Shown piece after piece: positions 1 through 12,316 of a stretch of 64,000 bases of DNA (its first letter is position 1; each line of letters opens with the position of its first letter). The stretch comes from Bispira polyomma. Taxonomy: Eukaryota. The notes beneath the pieces are model-generated. The model did not search any database, was not told the origin of the DNA, and saw only the letters and a program-made list of their open reading frames with translations. The stretch spans positions 34,534,001 through 34,598,000 of the forward strand of contig OZ287750.1 in NCBI GenBank assembly GCA_965649765.1, read 5' to 3'. Made by a program: the position numbers and the translations under genes.

Positions 1-974
1 GATTGCTTGGACACAATCAACCAGTCCAAAATGAGCGGTATCAGATTAATATTTTGTTGTATTTATTACAACATAATATGGTACAATCACATACATCTGT
101 GGTCGTTACTTTAGCCGAGTCAATACTTTGGCCACTACCACGATACTGCATATATAATACCAAATAAACAAATTTTTAATAAAACAACACATGTATGTTT
201 TACAACTTATAAAAATACAACTTTCTCATGTCCAAAAATCATGGCAAAGTGTTATGTTACAAAAATATTTAGTTTAGAACCAACTGTAATATCCTCAGCC
301 TTCATCCCAATATTTAGAACACTTTCTGCAATTGCTACGCCTCATCATTGTTGAACTATTGAAGGTAGTGCGATTAATGCCCTTTGGATAGGTATAACAA
401 TTGAACAGTTACTAAGAATTTTGAGGTATGTCATCTAGTGTTTTATAATATAATTGTAGTTTCATATTGTAATGATTAGTAATCAATAAAAAGTGGCTGA
501 AGTAACCTTCATGGATGTAATATGTTATTTGTATTCAACAATGTACTTGTTCAAGTTCAACTAGTAGAATGGCTCTCGTGACTTCCTACGCAATTCCTTA
601 TATATTTGTCACAGGAATTGGGTGATACTAAACTTCTGAGCCTCACTGGACCTCAACAATCTTTTTTAAAAGACAACTCTTGTTTATTTTTTAGATGAAT
701 GTTTACATTGATCAACTTTCATTTATAATAACCGTATAATAAATGTGTACAGAGTTAGGTTGATTACCTCCATGACAAAGTAAATACCAAAATAAAGTGA
801 CATAATTAAAACAGCCTTTCATTGGATATAGATTAATGATGTTAATATTAGACAAAATAACTGCACCAAAATGTCTTTGATTAAGAATAAATCAGATAGT
901 TCAGAATTGCCAACGGCCGTTTAGTGATAATTTGTATGATGTGATGTGTGAGTACTATTTTGTTGTTCAACCAG

Positions 975-3900
975 ATATGAAGACTTCTGTGACTCGGGTG
1001 AGGGAGTTCTTGATGGTAAACAGTTAGAGGAAGCACTGCACAGTATCCCTGCTTGTGAAGAAGAGAAATTGTCAGAAGAAAGACTCAGGTGTGGTCATTA
1101 GAACTAAAAAACACTAAATATACATAAGGTGTGCTTGTTAGACACTAACCAATTCGTACTTGACAAGTTAACAGTGGCGGCGTTTGGGTCCAAAAATATT
1201 CACATTCAACTGTTAAATTGTTTACATGTGGATTTGCAAGTAAAAATGGCTTTAAAATTTTACCTAATGATAATAAAATATCACCAAGGTAAAACATCTC
1301 AAGTTTACAATATTAATATGCTTATACTACCCATCAATATCAGCATTCAAAAATGAAAACAATAAAAATTGCCAATATAAAGACACTAACCTAGTTGTAG
1401 TTGTACTTGACAATGATGATGATGTGGCCTGAAAATATGGAGTCCCCAGGACTCGACCAGTGATAAAAAGTCCATTTTAAAAAATTTTCTTTTAGTCAAA
1501 TATTTGAAATCTTAATTTACAGATAGATATTCTGAAATATAAATTATACAGTGCTTTCATCAGGATGCATCCTTTACTTATCTTTGCTTACATGTAATAT
1601 GATATATTACTCGGAAGTTTAATCGTGATCTATTCTTGAACAAAATATTTAATTTTGTGGATCCATGTGTGAAAGAACATTTGTTATTTGATGAGTTTGT
1701 AAGGATAACAATTCAGAACAAAATATTTAATTTTGTGGATCCATGTGTGAAAGAACATTTGTTATTTGATGAGTTTGTAAGGATAACAATTCAAATTATT
1801 GACAATAACAAATGTAATTCACCAACTAACCCTGGTTATTGTGTTTATGATATGTTGTGAGATTCAGATATTGTATACATTGTTTCTTACAGGGAAGAGA
1901 TAGCTGAATTGGAATATGAACTAGAGCAAAGTCAAAGGAGAAAGGAAGTACTTGTACAACAAAGAGATAAACTAAGGTATGTAACAGATGACATTATGTA
2001 AGAATTTAACTTGAAAGATTTTTTTAACTGAAGATGTATCATTACGTTATGATAGTTGTACCGTTTTCCAAAATTATGTGGGTTTTTATATCCCAGAAGT
2101 TAAAACATTTCAGAATACTTATCCTTTTACTAAAAACCCTAAATTTAATCAGTACCATTTCAAACTTTAGTAATGCTAAGCTTTAAGTAGCATTTTCGTA
2201 TAAAAAATATCTTAAATGTTATGTTAAAAATGTTTAGACCAGAAATTGGAATGGAGTGGATTTTGGTACATTGAATATATGTTGTTGTGAAATGTTGTTT
2301 GTAAACTGAGGAAAATATGTATATGTATCAATGTATGATGGTTTGCCTGGCTATAAATATCATTTATAATATATTCACATGTAGCGGTGAGACAGGGGAC
2401 CAGTTACTCGATTATAGGCATAGTTTTTGGGAAACCAGAGTAAAAGTTGCAATTAGGGGACTTTAAAACTCTTATATTATCGCCTATATAACTTCAACAA
2501 AACAAATGACAATAACTTTGGTCTGATTCTTGCACCCAACATACATTTTCCTTTTAATTTCCAATATTCCCCCAGATATTTGCCTTTATTTTTCGATATA
2601 TTTTGTTTACATCAGCCGCCATATTGTTAAATGGGTTTCTGAGATTGGTGTATACTAAATTTGCATGTATCCAGAATTGAAATGGTTAGATGCTTTCGAT
2701 TGTTCTGGCTGTTTTTGTTATTGTCTATGTCACCCCTATTCACAACTAGTCCTGTATGTTTATTACTTGTTAGTATTCACCAGAGCGTGGTGAATGATCG
2801 TGTGTACAACTTGGGCAGTTTGGAGTCAGCGGCAAAGTCAGAGTATAAACAGTGTCTAGAGCAGAGTCACACGGACAATGCCAAGGTGAGACCCTATTTG
2901 TCAATGGTCTTAGTTGAATTGAATTGAATTTGGATATTTAACGTCAACTCTAGTACCTGTTTAGGTTATAGTGGGACGGGTAGTTGGAAACGCTGGAGTA
3001 AACAATGCATACAATTGATCAAGGTTCTGCACTGAAACTAGCGGCCCACAGTAAGGAACTACCACCTTTCCCACATAGGCATCGACGGGATTCGAACTCA
3101 CGCTGCCCAGAGGTGAGAGACCAGTGATTGTGAAGCGCAATGCTTGCTAACCACTAGGCCACCACAGCCCCGTCAATGGTCTTAGACTCATTCCTATATG
3201 CTTAAACTCAAATACCACTAACATATGTATAGATATCCTCATTAATTGGAATAACCAGTTGTTTTAAAACAGCTTTTAGCAAGGAAGCTATATCATATGA
3301 TTGGAAGTCTTAATCACTGTCCCTGTGTTTGTATATATATTGATAGCTGAATGCGAGTGTTACACAGTTACAAGACTGTGTATCTGACCTCAGTGACCTC
3401 TACAGCACACATGGGGTGTCAGTACACAGAGCAACGGGTGAAGAACAAGACAGCGAGCATAGTGTGTTCCTCTCACAGCTCCCTCTACGTCATTTCCATG
3501 AGGCAGAGGAGAAATATACGCAGGAACTCACCAAGTACACAAAGAGGCTGTTCTTTCAGGTAATACATCAGGAACTCACAAAGTACACAAAGAGGCTGTT
3601 CTTTCAGGTAATACATCAAGAACTCACCAAGTACACAAAGAGGCTGCTCTTTCAGGTAATACATCAGGAACTCACCAAGTACACAAAGAGGCTGTTCTTT
3701 CAGGTAATACATCAGGAACTCACCAAGTACACAAAGAGGCTGTTCTTTCAGGTAAAAATGTAGATATAACAAATTAGGATAAGGATTACAGTGTTATAAA
3801 CCAAAAACCAAAATGAGCTCGAAATTGTAACAAGCTTAAGTTAGGCTTTAGTAATAATGTGTGTTTCCAGGGACTATCAGAACTGGCAGGACATAATGAG

Positions 3901-6900
3901 GGAACAAGGTATGAGATTCTGGAAGTTGGCAATCCCAATGCAATTCTGTTGAAAGGAGCAACTGAGACCATCAATTTGGAAGATTGTAAAGATTTGGCAA
4001 GACTACAAGCTTTGTGAGTAACTGCTGCATTTAGTTTGTTATTTATTTGTAAATTATACCTTGTGTTTTATGAGTCTTGAGTTATATTCAGGTAATTCTC
4101 ACAGTCATTATCAGTTGGACAAAAGATGTCTTTAATTTAGGTACATCATTAAGATATAGTTTGGGGGTGAGAGGTCCATTAAGGCAAATTGGTTGTGTCA
4201 TATGAAATGATTGACTTTCTTGTAGTGTGTACTCTTCAGTGATATGGTTGTTATTAAAGTAGTATAAAATACAAAGAAAAAAAAGATATTCTACAAAAAA
4301 AGTTAAAAGATATAATTATTTTATCTTGCTTTTAAGATATTTAAATTATATATAACTGCAACTGATAAGTTATTAGTGAATTATTTATGCTTTTTGTAAA
4401 ACAAAATACTTAAAAAGAAGATTTGTGTTTGGTTGTGTATTGATAAGTTTCATATGTGCAGCTCACTTTGCGTTGGAGTATTATGTTTACATGATATTGT
4501 TAGTATTGTTTAGATTTTCCCTAAACAAAATCCTGCTCATGGCAAAATGTTCCAAAAGTAGGAAAAAAAAAAGAAACCGTTATTGTTTTATGCCAACTTA
4601 TTGTATATAGATATGGTATATATGCCGTAACCATTAATTTCCAGTCCTACTGTCCTATATTGCAGCTATTCAAAAAGTGAAGCAGCCAGAATAAATGCTG
4701 GCCTTACAGAAAAAAGTTTTGAGGCAGCCTGTCTGTTTGTAGAAAGGAAACTACACAATATGAAAGAGCAGTCATATCCAAAAGAAATCAGGCATCTCAG
4801 GTAATCCAGTAGAAACTCTATTATCCAAACTTCTGTTATCCTAATGGGGGGGGCTCAGTGGTGCCGTGTTAACACACTCGCCTCTAACATATATTGTCCC
4901 GGTTAGAATTTCAGTCAGGGCTTTTTATAGGAAAGTTTGCAGTTATGATGGTGGTACCCCTTTCCAGTCTATTAAAAATGTGGTGTATGTCTTTTATGTC
5001 ATAGCAGTTGTACACATTGGACACCACTTATATCTCGCCAAAATGTGTATTCAAATTAAATAACATTCCCCATTTCAAAGTTTGTTTTGGCATTTGTATG
5101 TGTAAATTATCTTAACTGTGACATTTAAAATGTTTTGACAAGAAATTGGAATAGACCTGATTTTGGGACATTGACTATACTTGCCGATGGTTGCTGGTTT
5201 CCAGTGTAAAATCTTGACCAACCACTATACACTGGTTTCCTCAAGCATTAAAACTTCCTGTCATCATATGGCATATACAATGTGTTTAAAATGACGTTAA
5301 ACCCCCCAAAAATAAAATCCATTATCGTAATATTAAATTTTATGAACCAATTTCCACTCTCCCAAATTTTGTTTTTTCCTGTGGTTTTACACAAAAATGT
5401 GTGTTTTATAGACCTTCTGTTTTCGAGCATATAATGGTGCTCTCACAACATGTTTGGATAATAGAGGTTATACTCTATGTCTATGTATATTGTATATATA
5501 TATATATATATATATCTACATAGAAACATTCAATGTAGGAGAATGCCGTGCATGGATATGTACAGCGTTCGGATGTGGTTGTGAGCTTTACTCTCAAATT
5601 TGGCACACAGACATAGCCGGGGCCCGATCTTTTGAGACATCAATAGAGTTAGGAGCTCGTCGATATTAGGCTTTTTCTGTGATTTTGTAGGTGTGTTCAT
5701 TCCCAATATTTATTTGATGGTTTTATTTTGGTAATGGTTTCTTTACTGAGTGCTGAATGCTGTCTGGTCTCATTTTCAGTTGGTGTGGGTTTGACTCTGT
5801 TTTACATTGCATTTACACACTAAACAAAGCAATACTTTACATGATCAATCCACATTAAAAACATGACTGTGGAATTTTTCTTTTTTTCTCAGAGACAGAC
5901 TACAGGACAGCCAGAATACACTGAGTGTACTGAAGAGAGATGAGGTCGTGATGACAGAACAGGAGTTACCACGGCTACTGAAGGACAGCGCTAAAACACA
6001 GCTCACACAGATCCTGTCTGGGGACTATAACCTCAAGATTACACGTCAGGATTACTTCACATCTAACCAGGATAAGGTCTGTGTATAGAGGGGGTCATTG
6101 TGAGAAGGATAAAGTTAGGATAAATCTGGGGATAAAGAGAAAGTGTGGTTTTAAAATTGAAGGAATTTATCGAATGCAGGAATATATAAATTTATAATAA
6201 ATATGTTTTTGAGCCAAGAGATACGACATTTTCATTGTGATACACTTTTCACGTTAAGCAATGCAATAATTATTTTTAAGTTTTGTGGGTGAGGCAAACA
6301 CTGAACTACACAGTCAAACCCCTTTGACTAGATTACCCTTTTATTTGGAGAAAAAGTTATTGCCGAAAAAAATATTTCCAAATTTACCCAGTTAATTAGA
6401 AATCCTGCTTAAGTCTCTTGAGGTTGAATTTTCAGTGGTTTAACTGTATACAAGTTGACATAGGTTCTGTTGTTGCGCTTTAGAAGATGCCTCGCATCAA
6501 TAAGGCGCGTTAAAAATCCATAATACAATACTTATCACATGATGACATTTTATCATGCGAGTCATTTGGGTAATTGAATTGATTCCTAATGTTTCTCTAA
6601 TGCAGATTATAGAAGAACTAGTGAGTCAGCGATCCCGCAATGAGTTTCTGACCATGGCTTATGAAGTAGAGGACCGCGCTCACAGAGAGACCCACCGCTT
6701 ACTGACCGCTCTTAATATGTTACTGAAGAAACAAGTACAGGCACAGCAACACAGAATGGGGAGTTTCACCAGGGATAAGATTTAGATAAATACTTTGTCC
6801 TAACTTTTTGAAATATAATGTTTTACATATTGCTTCCAAGAATTTCCATTGGCCAAGATTAAGAAAGGTCTAAATATTGCTTCAAAAATTTTGATTGGCC

Positions 6901-9900
6901 AAGATTAAGAAAGGTCTGAATATTGCTTAAAGAATTTTAATTGGCCAAGATTAAGAAAATTCTGAATAATGTTTAAAAGATTATGATTGGTCAAAACAAA
7001 GAAAATTCTGAGAATTACATTGTAAGAATGTTAATTTAGCAGTGATTTCTGCAGTAAATCAGTTAAAGAAGTGACAGTTGAGATCTGTTGTAAACTTTGT
7101 GTCCAAGTGATCATTATGATAGTATGTGATGTATATAGTTAAAATATCTCCTACTGCATAATCATTGTTGTGTATAGGTTTTCCTCTTTCGCTGTCCGAC
7201 CACATTTTAATTTAATCTGTGACCATTAAGTTATGCCCTTGACTTTGAAAATGCTGTCACGTCCTTACTTTCAAAAACCATTTGTCACTTGTACCTTTGA
7301 ATTATATTCAAGATGAAATTTCATGTCACTGCATAGTTCTTAGGTTATCCCAACTTCTGTTGTCCAAATGTTTAATTATCTGAACTCATCCTAGCCCCAC
7401 AAAGTTTTGTTATGCTATTGTTTCCCACTGAAATACCTTCTATTATCAGAACCAAAAATACCTTGCTCACCCAACAGGTTTAGGAGTGGTTGTACAAGGC
7501 CATGATCTAATGTTTGAGCTTGGAGCCATACCTGTAACATAGAAAATTGTGTTCGGATATATAAAATCTTCCTGACCATTAGTCCTTTTTGGTGTTTAGA
7601 TAATATGTGTTCTACTTTAATTAACAGTCTTTTTCCATTCCAGAGTCTGTTGAAGGAGTCGAGTCTACAGTCGACCAGACACCAGAGGAATACAGTGGAT
7701 TCGAGGGACAAGTTCTTAATGCACATACATCAGCTCCTAGGTAAACACTGGTCTCTATAATGGCAATTGTTTAAACAGTTTTGGCTGACGATGTATGGTC
7801 TTCTACATCCATAATAGGCAGGAGCAGCTGGAGCCTAGAGGTTGTAAGTGTCTGCTTATATCACTAACCTTTTACCTGTGAGGACAGTGGCTTAGAATGT
7901 CACTGTTTCCTTCATTGTGGAGAGTTTGCCAGGTGCTTGCCGTTGGTCGGTGGTTTTCAGTACAAAACATACTCGTTTCTTGCAGTAATACACCTGGTCG
8001 TCACAATATAACCAAATAATAATTATTATATTGAAAACGAAGTAAAACCTAAGTTAATTCACATTCCACTTCCATAAGGTGTCTGCGGAAGGACTTCTAG
8101 GAGTGACTCCTATGCATAAAAGAAGGGCCATTTTGTTTGGGGTAAAAATTAATATTCATAGCATAATAATGAATGGTGGTAAAAGTATTTTATGGTCCAT
8201 TTCTTTTCCAACTACCCACCATCTTTAATGGTGATTTTTGTACATTATTGATCTACATAAGGTTCTCAAATCTTCCCATTAAGATGTATTGTGAACTTGA
8301 TCTGTGATAAATTTTATATGAACACCACACTTGACATATCACTTAAAATGGTCAATGTTAAGACTAGTTCATCATATGTATACCAGCAGGTGAAGCTGCG
8401 ATTCATGCAACACTTGAGAGTAATTCTCCATAAAGCGAATAAATAGCAAGTCAATTATCCTGTATATAGGCCATGGTCATTTTACAAGGTAAAATGATTA
8501 ATGCACACATTATAAGGAGCTTTCCTAATGGTCAGAACTCATAGAGAGCTGTATGTATATATATAATTGTATATAACTTGTATATTTCAGGTTCTGGGTC
8601 TGAAGATGACAAGCCTTTGTTTGTGAGTCACTCACAGTTGACGTCTCAAGCTTCTACTCTCAGTCACCAGGTGTCCTCATTGTCTGCATCACTAGCGGCA
8701 ACACATAGTAACCAGGATCACCGGCTCGTACAGATGTAAGTGTGAATATACAAATTGAAATGGTTTTGTAAATATTTAGTATTTCTTATGCAATGACAAT
8801 AAACCTGCAGCGGCCATAGTCACTAACAGACTTAAGCCAAATCTGGGGCTTAAATGTAGCACAAAAGTATACTAGATTAAGGCCTATGACTTGGCTAACT
8901 CTCTTTGTGAATACGGGCCCTGCAGAATATAATTTATTACCTCTCTAAGGAGGCTATGTTTTCACCTGTGTCTGTTGGTTGGTGGATTTGTTTGTTTGTC
9001 ATTAGAAAAACAACAAAAACTATTGAACCGAGTTACTTGAAATTGGGGGGAGGTATGGAACATGGGCTAAAGAAGAATCGAATCAAATTTTGATTTTTGA
9101 AAATATTTTTGAACTGTGGGACCTTGGCAGAGGTATGTTGTCTACTGAGTGCCCTTCTAGTTCAACAGATATTTAATGTATGGGTGTAGCAGTAGTATCA
9201 GCCACCACTATTATCTAATCTAATCTAATCTAGTCGTACTTTTATAGCGCTTAATCTTTGTACAACAAATTCTAAGGCGCAACAAACCCAAAATGTTAAT
9301 CGCAAATCAAAAATAGTGGGCGGATGGAAGTCGTAACCAGGGAGACTACTGTAGATGGTTGCGACAGCTAAGGTGGAAAAGCCTGTTCAAAAAGATAGGC
9401 CTTCAGCTTAGACCTGAAAGAGGAGAAAGTTTGAGCCAGGCGAACATGATCAGGTAGGCTGTTCCAAATGAGGGGGCCATCATGAGCTAGGCAGTGATTG
9501 AACTGAACTTTGGATTTGTGGATGCGAGGGTCGAAAGTGGGAATGTTAAGGTATAATTTATCAGGGTTACTGCGCCTAGTCCTGACTGAGCATGTATATT
9601 TGGATAGATGGGGGCTAAAATAAGTGGGTAATCCAGAATTTAGAAATTTATATATTATTGTTGCTGTTTTGAAAGCAACACGATATTTTATTGGGAGCCA
9701 GTGCAGTGACTTCAGTACAGGAGTAATGTGGGAAAATTTAGATGTTTTGGTCACAATACGTGCCAAGGAGTGTTGGATATTCTGAAGGCGTCTGAGATCA
9801 CTACGAGATAAGGAACGGAACAGAGAGTTGCAGTAATCAAGCCTGCTGCTGACCAAAGCATTGGCAACAGTGATTGCAGTGGATTTGGAAAGATAGCGTC

Positions 9901-12316
9901 GAATCCGCCTGAAATCACGGAGGCCAACAAAACATGATCTACACACCGATGCGACATGGTTCGAGAAGGAAAATTCAGAGTCGAACACCACGCCCAGGTT
10001 TCGTACTTTTTCAGCTGGAAAAAACCTGCTGCCAAGAATGTCAAGTGGAAAACAGCTGGACAATTTTTCCCGTTGCGACTTGGAGCCAAACAAAATAAAC
10101 TCAGTCTTCTCAGGGTTCAGCTTGAGTTTATTTGCTGCCATCCAGTGTTGTACATCAACAAGGCAGTTCTGTAAGGAAGTGAAAGCTACCTGGGCAGAGT
10201 CAGGTGTAAGGTGGATGTACAGTTGGGTATCATCAGCATAGAAGTGAAAGTTTATGTTTTTGTATGCAGCAATAATCTTGCTGAGTGGGATGGTGTACAT
10301 GGAAAACAAAATGGGACCCAGGACGGAACCTTGGGGAACACCAAATTTTAACCATGTTGGGTCGGATAAGATATTGCCAATTTTGACTGATTGGAATCTA
10401 TCAGATAAATATGCCGTGAACCACTTAAGCGCCATACCGCTGATACCGAACCAGGACGATAGGCACTCAAGAAGAACTTTGTGATCAATAGTATTATGAA
10501 GGCCTGCGTACATTTAGTGGGAATGGAAATCCTAACTTTGTAATGGGCCGGTCCCACCAGATTTACGTTAGGATATGTAAGTCACGCATGGCGTTGTAAA
10601 ATATTTGATGCAAAACGTCATGCAAAACTAGAAATTAGGAATTTTCTCCACGTTGTAGGGGTCAACAGACATTGAAATTCATCTATTAGTACGTCAAAAG
10701 CTGTAAAGTCTTGCAGGGGGTGCATAAATTCATGTCAAAGTAAGTATTTTAACCCTGTATGACAAGTATGAGTACACCAATACACTTAAAAGGACGTCAT
10801 AATGACGCACATTTACACACTGTGACGCATATCTACGTTTTAGTATGTCATACTTTTGCATCTCTTGCGTGTCCAAATTTCAAACGGTTTGAAATTATTA
10901 ATTTTGTGTGTGTCACCTCTCACGCCAGCTTATGTATGTTTATGTATGGTACGTCAGTTCCCGCAAATAACACGCAAAACCTACGCAAATTAATTTTCAA
11001 ACGACAGCAAACGTGACGGCCGGTGGGACCAGGACATAACAAGGAGAAATGTGTAGACAGTTGTCAGAGTCTGGTGTATTCTGGTACCAGTACAGGACAA
11101 CCAACCCTCAGTCTATAGAATCCAATAATATAGAGATTCTTCTGAATCTATATAAAGAGTGTTACCTTTATAACAGGGAGAAGTGTGTAGACAGTTGTCA
11201 GAGTCTGGTGTATTCTGGCTCTAGTACCAGTACAGGACAACCAGCCCTCAGTCCACAGCCCATACACGATGCACTGCTACAGTTAGACACCATGGTGAAA
11301 AAACTAGAACAGGTCATAATGGATGTCATCAAAGATGTGGAGTCCAAAAAAAAGGTGAGTTATGTCTGAATTATGTCAAATGTTGGATGTTAATATCTTG
11401 TTATGTATATATTTAGATTCTCGTACAGTAAATACACTAGGGATCCTATTATCACAAAATCTACTGTTAACACTATAACTTTAGACATTTCCTTCAATAT
11501 TCTTACAATTTAATATTGGTATTGTTTTATACTAAATTAATTCAATGAAAGTTCAGTTAATCTGATAAAACTGTCATTTTCCTTGGCTTTTTGATAGTAA
11601 GTGGTTCTACTGTAAACAGGGAAATAAATAGTTTTTATTAGCATAAGCTTCTGCACAGAACAGTATGTTTAATTATTTATTCTGATATACAGTATGTGGT
11701 CCTAGATTCTATATAAACTTTCTATTTTGCAAACAAAATCCTGCTCTCTCAACATGTTCAGCTAATAGTGGTTCTACTGTACTTACCATAGATTAGTGGT
11801 TTACATGACAAATAGTCCTGGTTTTCCTCCACCAATAAAGCTGGCCTTCACAACTTGACCAAAGATACTGAAAGTGACATCTATCCCAAGTTAATTAACA
11901 TTCAAAATGATGTCCCTCGGTTGTACAGTGGTAACACACTTGCCTCCTACCTCTACTGTCATGGGTTTGTATCTTGACCTTGGGGTATATGGATAAAGAT
12001 GGCAGTAGACTTGCTGAAGACTGGTCGTTCGCAGAACAGAAAACTTTGACATAACTTTCATCTATTTACTTCCCGTCGTTATATGACACAAACGTGTTGA
12101 TAGCGACGTTAAGCTCAAACTAATTAAATGTAATGTAGTTTTTACTTCCACTAAACGTTCTACTGTTTATCTGTTCATACATTGCAGACATTAAAGGCCG
12201 ACCCTCTGTTATCTCTGGAGAGGGAACTATTTGTGTACTTCTACACCGACCCTCAGACACTGAGACGCGTCATTGATGACTTAGAGGCTCGTCTGAATGC
12301 ACAGTTAATTAGATGA
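975..12316 (+). CDS. HAUS3: HAUS augmin-like complex subunit 3, 5'-partial, 12 exons: 975-1088, 1893-1976, 2774-2885, 3347-3559, 3871-4013, 4666-4800, 5893-6076, 6606-6758, 7644-7740, 8591-8735, 11177-11354, 12188-12316 (TGA 12314-12316)
   Basis: Hand-spliced exons keep a consistent phase, with AG acceptors and GT donors (one GG exception at 6759). The translation has HAUS3-like motifs: GVLDGKQLEEAL, VFLSQLPL..F...EEKYT..LTKYTKRLFFQG, ILSGDYNLKITRQDYFTSNQ, QRSRNEFLTMAYEVE.R.HR, RNTVDSRD, LERELFVYFYTDP. The N-terminal exon(s) lie upstream of the window. Confidence 0.92.
1638..1793. repeat. Perfect 2 x 78-bp tandem duplication in a HAUS3 intron
   Basis: The unit gaacaaaatatttaattttgtggatcc...ggataacaattca starts at 1638 and again at 1716. 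Confidence 0.95.
2914..3171 (-). mobile_element. tRNA-derived SINE, full length, with 14-bp target site duplication (TSD)
   Basis: Minus-strand box A (TGGCCTAGTGG) and box B (GTTCGAATCCC), (AATTC)n tail, and TSD GTCAATGGTCTTAG at 2900-2913 and 3172-3185. A highly similar copy lies at 58734-59002. Confidence 0.9.
3521..3754 (+). repeat. 48-bp tandem repeat (about 4.9 copies) spanning a HAUS3 exon end and its splice donor
   Basis: The unit caggaactcaccaagtacacaaagaggctgttctttcag|gtaatacat starts at 3521, 3569, 3617, 3665 and 3713 and encodes QELTKYTKRLFFQVIH in frame. Confidence 0.95.
6830..7020. repeat. Degenerate 46-bp minisatellite (about 4 copies), intronic
   Basis: attggccaagattaagaaa recurs at 6848, 6894 and 6940, with a decayed copy near 6986. 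Confidence 0.8.
8933..9162 (+). mobile_element. Non-autonomous Helentron/HINE-like (DINE-1-type) repeat
   Basis: Begins TTTATTACCTC..AAGGAGGCTATGTTTTC, has a (GTTT/GTTG)n tract, and ends CTTGGCAGAGGT...GAGTGCCCTTCTAGTT. Related decayed copies lie near 44420-44640 (-) and 52065-52310 (+). Confidence 0.6.
9213..10493 (-). mobile_element. 5'-truncated L2/CR1-group LINE (reverse transcriptase C-terminal half, 3'UTR and (TTAGA)n tail) in HAUS3 intron 10
   Basis: ORF 9368-10513 has TIDH, GVPQGSVLGP, YADDTQLY, LKLNPEKTEF, SRLDYCNSL, LHWLP and FRSKLKAYLF. The 3' end has a GCGCCTTAGA...AGCGC stem followed by pentamer repeats. Confidence 0.92.
10544..11036. mobile_element. PIF/Harbinger-type MITE (493 bp)
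   Basis: Imperfect 15-bp terminal inverted repeats (TIRs): TGGGCCGGTCCCACC versus reverse complement TGTCCTGGTCCCACC. TAA flanks both sides (10541-10543, 11037-11039). Confidence 0.75.
11037..11113 (+). pseudogene. Degenerate partial duplicate of the HAUS3 exon-11 acceptor and 5' portion
   Basis: taacaaggagaaatgtgtagacagttgtcagagtctggtgtattctgg... closely matches the sequence from 11171, with the acceptor AG changed to AA and a 6-bp deletion. Confidence 0.85.

Noticed and set aside
1636-1860. 74-aa ORF with an internal repeat
   Set aside because: It is a by-product of the intronic 78-bp duplication. The HAUS3 exons on either side join in phase without it.
3521-3754. 48-bp repeat as a CRISPR array or a stand-alone repeat-protein ORF (3416-3763, 3485-3772)
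   Set aside because: There are no unique spacers and the context is eukaryotic; it is a tandem duplication of a HAUS3 exon end.
5454-5669. 71-aa ORF with a YIYIYI run
   Set aside because: It is the translation of a (TA)n microsatellite in an intron.
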